Made by a program: the position numbers and the translations under genes. From Planctomycetota bacterium (lineage in GTDB: Bacteria; Planctomycetota; UBA8108; SXIK01): a DNA stretch of 64,000 nt. Numbering within the stretch: position 1 is the stretch's first letter; each line of letters begins with the position of its first letter. Location of the stretch: NCBI GenBank assembly GCA_965223845.1, contig CBDCXR010000004.1, positions 3,808,001 to 3,872,000 on the forward strand, in the 5' to 3' direction. Shown piece after piece: positions 57,741 to 64,000 of this stretch. The notes beneath the pieces are model-generated. The model had not been told where the DNA came from and made no database searches. It worked only from the letters and a program-made list of their open reading frames with translations.

Positions 57741-59006
57741 TCAGCGGCGTTTTCCGCGCGCGCGCTTCCGCTCTTCCCACCAGGAGTTCGCGAGCTTGAT
57801 CGCGCGCCGCCGCTCCTCCTGAGTGTCGAGCTGGTAGCCGATCTCGAGTCCGGTGATTTTCTCGAGCGCGTCGGAGGCATCCTCGCGGAACTGCGACTCG
57901 GAATGCTTGAGCCGGCTGACGATGTACGGAACGGTCTCGAACAACTCGAGGTCGCGGAGGACCACTCCCATGTCGCCCATGTCGGTGAGAAGACGCGGCT
58001 CTTCCTTGATGAGATTAACGAAGAACTTCCGCATCGAGTCGTCACCGCCCCGGTAGAAAGCCTGCGCCGCCCAGACGCGCTCCGAGACCTCGCTCGACTC
58101 GAGGTAGGCGTCGACCTTCTCGACGCCGTCGACGTCGCGATCGATTCCCACACGGCCGACACCGCGCAGCGCCGTCGTCCGGACGGCCGGATCCTCGTCG
58201 TCGAGGAGCCGGAGGAGCGGCGGCAGTCCCCGTCGATCCTCTAGACGCCCGAGCGCATCCGCGACCGAAGCACGCTTCCGCGCGATCGGGTGAGAACTCA
58301 ACTCGATCAGATGATCGAAACCCTCGTCACCGGACTGCCCGAGAACCCGCAAGTACACTTCCGAGCCGAGCGGATAGTCCTCCATGCGATTGTAGAAAAT
58401 GTCGGCGAGCGCCCGCCGTACCGCATCCGACATGGAATCGCGGAGAATCTTCTCGGCGTTGATCCACGATGTGCTCCCGGCGATCTCGCCACACTCCTCG
58501 ATGTCGAACACCGCGTAGTGGACGCCGAGCGGAACCGTCTCCTTCCACTCGTACCGCTTGATGAACTGCGTTGCCTTGATGTGATTCGGCTTCCACGGGT
58601 TGACCGCCCGGCGCTTCTCCATGCCGACGAGCGGCAGCGCGGGACCGTCCGCGCGAAAGCGGAACGTCGGCTTCGCGACGAAGAAGCGCCCCGATTCGAG
58701 GATCTCGAAGCGGAGCGCGTCCTCGGGAACGGCGAACGGCCCCTCGGCGCCCGCGCAGCCCGACTGGATGAAGGCCCACCCTTTCTTCGAGTAGTATCCG
58801 GGCCAGGTGTCGGCGGCGTCGCCGACGAGCTCGATATAGACCTCTCGCGCTTCGGCTCGACTCGGCGCAAACCAAAAACGGAAGTCACGGGCGAGTAGAT
58901 CCGGGACGTAGGCGAGACCGACGATCGCCGCGTCCAAGGACGGCTCGGACGATTCGCTGGCGAGGTCGGGTGCTTCTTCAGTGGAGGCGTCGGTTTCCAC
59001 TTCCAT
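57741..59006 (-). CDS. Hypothetical protein with C-terminal HEAT repeats
   Basis: RASVADALGRL, LDDEDPAVRTTALRG, FREDASDALEKITG; N-terminal half not recognised. Confidence 0.75.
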   Translation of the reverse strand: MEVETDASTEEAPDLASESSEPSLDAAIVGLAYVPDLLARDFRFWFAPSRAEAREVYIELVGDAADTWPGYYSKKGWAFIQSGCAGAEGPFAVPEDALRFEILESGRFFVAKPTFRFRADGPALPLVGMEKRRAVNPWKPNHIKATQFIKRYEWKETVPLGVHYAVFDIEECGEIAGSTSWINAEKILRDSMSDAVRRALADIFYNRMEDYPLGSEVYLRVLGQSGDEGFDHLIELSSHPIARKRASVADALGRLEDRRGLPPLLRLLDDEDPAVRTTALRGVGRVGIDRDVDGVEKVDAYLESSEVSERVWAAQAFYRGGDDSMRKFFVNLIKEEPRLLTDMGDMGVVLRDLELFETVPYIVSRLKHSESQFREDASDALEKITGLEIGYQLDTQEERRRAIKLANSWWEERKRARGKRR

Positions 59007-59205
59007 CAGACTCTAAGCTTTCGAGAAGGCGCGCGGAACGGACCGAAGTCCCCCGGCACGGCCACGATTCGGTCTAGTCTCGCGCTCGCGTCGACGAGCG
59101 TCGCGCGCGACGGCGCAAACGGCGGGCTGTTATCGTACGTCGGGCCCCGGACCGCGCAATGGAATTCGTCCCCGCGTGAGCCGGGCCGGCGCGGCGGTCT
59201 CGATC

Positions 59206-60981
59206 TCAACACCACAGCCACTTCACCATGGCGACGGTGATCACGGCGGCGATCAGATTGAGCGGGATTCCGATCCGAAGAAAGTCGCGGAAGCGATAGC
59301 CGCCGGGACCGTACACGATGAGATTCGTCTGGTATCCGATCGGGGTCGAAAAGCTCGCGCACGCCGCGATCGCCACGACGACGGCGAACCCACGCGGGTC
59401 TTCGTTCATGCGTTCGGCGGCCGCGAGGGCGACGGGGAAGAGCATCGCCGCCGCGGCGGCGTTCGTCACGAGCTCGGTGAAGAGGTTCGTGAGGAGAAAC
59501 AGCGCGGCGAGAACGCCGACGACTCCGAAGCTCTCGGAGACGTTGAGGACGCCGGTCGCGAGCCCTTCGCCGAGCCCGGTTTTGTCGACGGCCTTCGAAA
59601 TCCCGATGGCCGACGCGATGAGGAGAACGACAGACAGATCGACCGAGCGCCGAGCGCGGGCGGGGGTAATCACTCGCGCCAGGAGGAGGATGAACACCGC
59701 GGCGAACGCCGCGACCATGAGGGGTACCCAGCCGAGCGCCGCGACCAGGACCATAGAGAAGACCAATCCGATCACCGGGAGCGCTCGTCGCGGCTGCGCT
59801 CTCTTCGCCCATCCGCGTGCGGACACGAGATAGAAGTCCGGCGCGTCCCGCCACGCCGAACCGAAGCCCGCCGATGCCTCGACGATGAGAACGTCCCCGG
59901 GTCGGAAGCGGATGTCGCCGAGCTTCGAACGAATCCGCCCGCCGCGCCGGTGAACCGCGACGACCACGGCGTCGTAGCGCCGGCGGAATTGCGCGTCGCG
60001 GAGAGTCGTGCCGACGAGGGGGGACGATCCCGAGACGACGACCTCGTAGAGCCGCGAATCCGATCGATCGCCGAGGATGTCCTCCGGATCCGCCGTGACG
60101 GGTGTGAGCCCCGGTATCTTCTGCAGCTCGACCACAGTGTCCGCGATTCCGGTGAACACGAGGTGGTCGCCCGCGGCGATCCGTTCGTATGGCCGTACGG
60201 GAACGATCGCACGATCGCCGCGCGTGATGCGCATGAGGAAGAGTCCGGAGAGATGGCGGAGCTCCGCTTCCTCGACCGTCTTTCCGACGAGCTCGCACTG
60301 CGGTCCAACCTCGAGCTCCGCGAGGTACTGCTTTCCCTCGGCTCCCGCCGATTGGTAGGGCTCACGCCGATCGGGGAGGAGCCGCTGGCTGAAGGCGACG
60401 AGGTAGAGCGTCCCCACGATGGTGAGTACGACACCGACCGGAGCCAACTCGCGGAACATGCCGAACGGCTCGTAGCCGTTTTCGACGAGAAGGCCGCTCA
60501 CGAGAAGATGCGTCGACGTTCCGATGAGCGTACATGCACCGCCGATGATCGCGGCGTAGGAAAGTGGAATGAGGAACTTCGAGGGCGCGACGCCCTCGCG
60601 GTGCGCCCAGTCCCGGACGGCGGGCGTCATCATCGCGACGAGCGGCGTGTTGTTGATGAACGCGCTCAGGAAGGAGGTCGGGAGGATCAGACGCAGAACG
60701 GCGATCCGCGGCCGGGACGGTTTCGTGAGCAAACGCCGACCGAGGTAGTCGAGACCGCCGGAATCACGTACTGCCGCGGCGAGGACGAAGAGCGCGGCGA
60801 TCGTGAGCAGCTGCTCGTTCGCGAACCCGGCCACCGCTTCAGCAGGTTCGAGAACACCCGCGACGAGAAGCAAGACGAGCCCGCCGGCGAAGACGACCTC
60901 TGGGCTGAACGCTTCGCGCACGAGCCCGACGAGGATCACGCCGAGCACGCCGAGCGTGTACCAAGCTTCCCAGTTGTCCAT
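59206..60981 (-). CDS. SLC13/DASS permease with two TrkA-C domains
   Basis: LSAFINNTP, PSKFLIPLSY, GGACTLIGTST, TELVTNAAAA, FSTPIGYQTN..VYGPGGYRF. Confidence 0.92.
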   Translation of the reverse strand: MDNWEAWYTLGVLGVILVGLVREAFSPEVVFAGGLVLLLVAGVLEPAEAVAGFANEQLLTIAALFVLAAAVRDSGGLDYLGRRLLTKPSRPRIAVLRLILPTSFLSAFINNTPLVAMMTPAVRDWAHREGVAPSKFLIPLSYAAIIGGACTLIGTSTHLLVSGLLVENGYEPFGMFRELAPVGVVLTIVGTLYLVAFSQRLLPDRREPYQSAGAEGKQYLAELEVGPQCELVGKTVEEAELRHLSGLFLMRITRGDRAIVPVRPYERIAAGDHLVFTGIADTVVELQKIPGLTPVTADPEDILGDRSDSRLYEVVVSGSSPLVGTTLRDAQFRRRYDAVVVAVHRRGGRIRSKLGDIRFRPGDVLIVEASAGFGSAWRDAPDFYLVSARGWAKRAQPRRALPVIGLVFSMVLVAALGWVPLMVAAFAAVFILLLARVITPARARRSVDLSVVLLIASAIGISKAVDKTGLGEGLATGVLNVSESFGVVGVLAALFLLTNLFTELVTNAAAAAMLFPVALAAAERMNEDPRGFAVVVAIAACASFSTPIGYQTNLIVYGPGGYRFRDFLRIGIPLNLIAAVITVAMVKWLWC

Positions 60982-61236
60982 CCGTCCGTGTCTCCGCTCC
61001 ACCGCCTCGCGACCGACCGGCCCGGCGGGTTCAATCTCCGTCCGTCCGCCCGCGCGGCGCGGCATGATTCTTCGCCACTGTGGATCGAAGCGCAAGCAAT
61101 GCCGGGCCCGGCTCCAATCGATGGAGCGCTCAAATCCGATCGAGGCGGTTCGGAGGTTCCTCGCGACGATTCGCTACAAACTCGTGCAAATCGCGTACCC
61201 GCTTTTCGCAAGCCGATGCCGAGTCGACGAATTCTC

Positions 61237-61264
61237 TTGCAAAGACGCTCCGCTCTTCTATCTT
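61237..61264 (+). promoter_or_regulatory. Candidate sigma70 promoter for ettA
   Basis: TTGCAA-N16-TATCTT. Confidence 0.5.
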
Positions 61265-61289
61265 TCGTCACCTCCTCGGGAGATTGAGC

Positions 61290-62984
<1,695 letters not shown>

Positions 62985-63006
62985 GGCGGCGAGCGGGGCG
63001 ACGACG

Positions 63007-63053
63007 AAAACACGCGCGGCGGTCTCCTTCCCGGAGACCGCCGCGCGTTGTTT
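63007..63053. terminator. Bidirectional intrinsic terminator
   Basis: 16-bp stem acgcgcggcggtctcc / ggagaccgccgcgcgt flanked by A and T runs, between convergent ettA and hsp20. Confidence 0.85.
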
Positions 63054-63078
63054 GAGAGAAGGTGAGTCGACTCGGTCC

Positions 63079-63471
63079 TTACTTCGTCGAAATCGGGATC
63101 GCGCGTGCCTTCTTCGCCTCCGCCTTCGGGAGACGAACGGTCAGCACGCCGTCGACGAACGACGCCGAAATGGCGTCGAGATCGACTTTCTCCCGCACGC
63201 GAAATGTCCGCCGAAACTCGCCCGTGCAGTGCTCGCGCCAGACGGGCCGCGCCTCGTCGAACGAGCGCTCGGCGGCTCGGCCTCTCACGGTGAGGTGATC
63301 GTCGTCGAATGCGACCTCGAGACCATCCTCGTTCACACCCGGCAGATCGAGCACCGCCGTCAGCTCGGTTTGGGATTCGTAGATGTCGACGTCCGGGATG
63401 AACTCTCGCAGCGGCTCGCGCCCAGTAGCGAGGGCGGTCCGTTCGGTCGCAGAAGCAGGCTTGTCCGTCAT
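63079..63471 (-). CDS. Small heat-shock protein Hsp20
   Basis: PDVDIYE, DLPGV, FRRTF, DGVLTVRLPK, IPI; AAGGAG RBS. Confidence 0.92.
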   Translation of the reverse strand: MTDKPASATERTALATGREPLREFIPDVDIYESQTELTAVLDLPGVNEDGLEVAFDDDHLTVRGRAAERSFDEARPVWREHCTGEFRRTFRVREKVDLDAISASFVDGVLTVRLPKAEAKKARAIPISTK

Positions 63472-63526
63472 GGGAGTGTTCTCCTTTTGATGCGCAGGGG
63501 CTGAGATACCGTCGCGCCGCGCGCGA

Positions 63527-63952
63527 TCAACGAATCTCGATGCGAAGCGGCTTCGCGGCCGCGACACGCGGGAGCGTCAGTCGAAGAACGCCGTCCTTCA
63601 GCTCCGCCGTCACGCGGTCGGCGTCGATCTCGCTCGAGAGGTGGATCGTACGAGAGAATTTGCCGCGCGCTCGTTCGAGCCGGACGGGCGTGTCGCCCTC
63701 CTTGGGCGCGGAATCGCGTTCGCCGGCCAGGGTCAGCTCGTCGCCGAGGACCTCGACGCGGAGCGCGTCCTTCGGGACGCCCGGAATCTCGGCTTCGACG
63801 TAGACGTTCTCGTCGTCTTCCCAGAGGTTGACGGACAGGAACGCGTTCCGGGAGCTCGGCACGCGATGCGAGAAGAGACCGCCGAAGAGCTGGTCCATCT
63901 CGTTCTGAAGCTGGTCGAAAAAATCGGTACCCGATGCAAACTTGAGGCTCAT
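63527..63952 (-). CDS. Small heat-shock protein Hsp20
   Basis: VNLWED, AEIPGV, ERARGKFSR, DGVLRLTLP, IEI; GGAG RBS. Confidence 0.93.
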   Translation of the reverse strand: MSLKFASGTDFFDQLQNEMDQLFGGLFSHRVPSSRNAFLSVNLWEDDENVYVEAEIPGVPKDALRVEVLGDELTLAGERDSAPKEGDTPVRLERARGKFSRTIHLSSEIDADRVTAELKDGVLRLTLPRVAAAKPLRIEIR

Positions 63953-64000
63953 GCTAGTTCCTCCGAATACTGTGGCTGGTTCGGGATCCCCAGGCGCCTC

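Noticed and set aside
63079-64000. Tandem hsp20 genes as a novelty, or a CIRCE element upstream
   Set aside because: Tandem Hsp20 pairs are common; only 48 nt of upstream sequence is visible and it shows no CIRCE.

Overview
A gene-dense, high-GC bacterial chromosomal window with about 40 supportable CDSs. I found no rRNA, tRNA, CRISPR array, integrase or transposase. Cys-containing dockerin-like modules, a planctomycete-type cytochrome c, several Tat-exported Gfo/Idh/MocA enzymes and HEAT-repeat proteins suggest Planctomycetota (inference, not a database result). Order: E2 acyltransferase (5'-truncated) and lipB; glnD-PII-amt; ECF sigma/anti-sigma; Na/Ca antiporter plus sugar ABC operon, divergent from a Tm-1-like/TIM-barrel pair; trkA-trkH-rhomboid; dockerin/EF-hand DUF1800 plus DUF1501, divergent from a dockerin-cytochrome c; a CxxC micro-protein plus a propeller sensor kinase lacking its phospho-His; PIG-L deacetylase; S9 peptidase; two mirror-image Gfo/Idh/MocA-HEAT modules; SPFH/Zn-ribbon pair; stand-alone tsf behind a long structured leader; SDR, Trm112, Gfo; dinB; an 11-repeat beta-sandwich surface protein; HEAT protein; SLC13 permease; ettA; two Hsp20s. 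Best leads: the dockerin-tagged DUF1800/DUF1501/cytochrome c locus, the His-less kinase with its CxxC partner, and the ~320-nt structured leader of the orphan tsf. All family calls come from motif recognition by eye, and start codons were chosen by eye.
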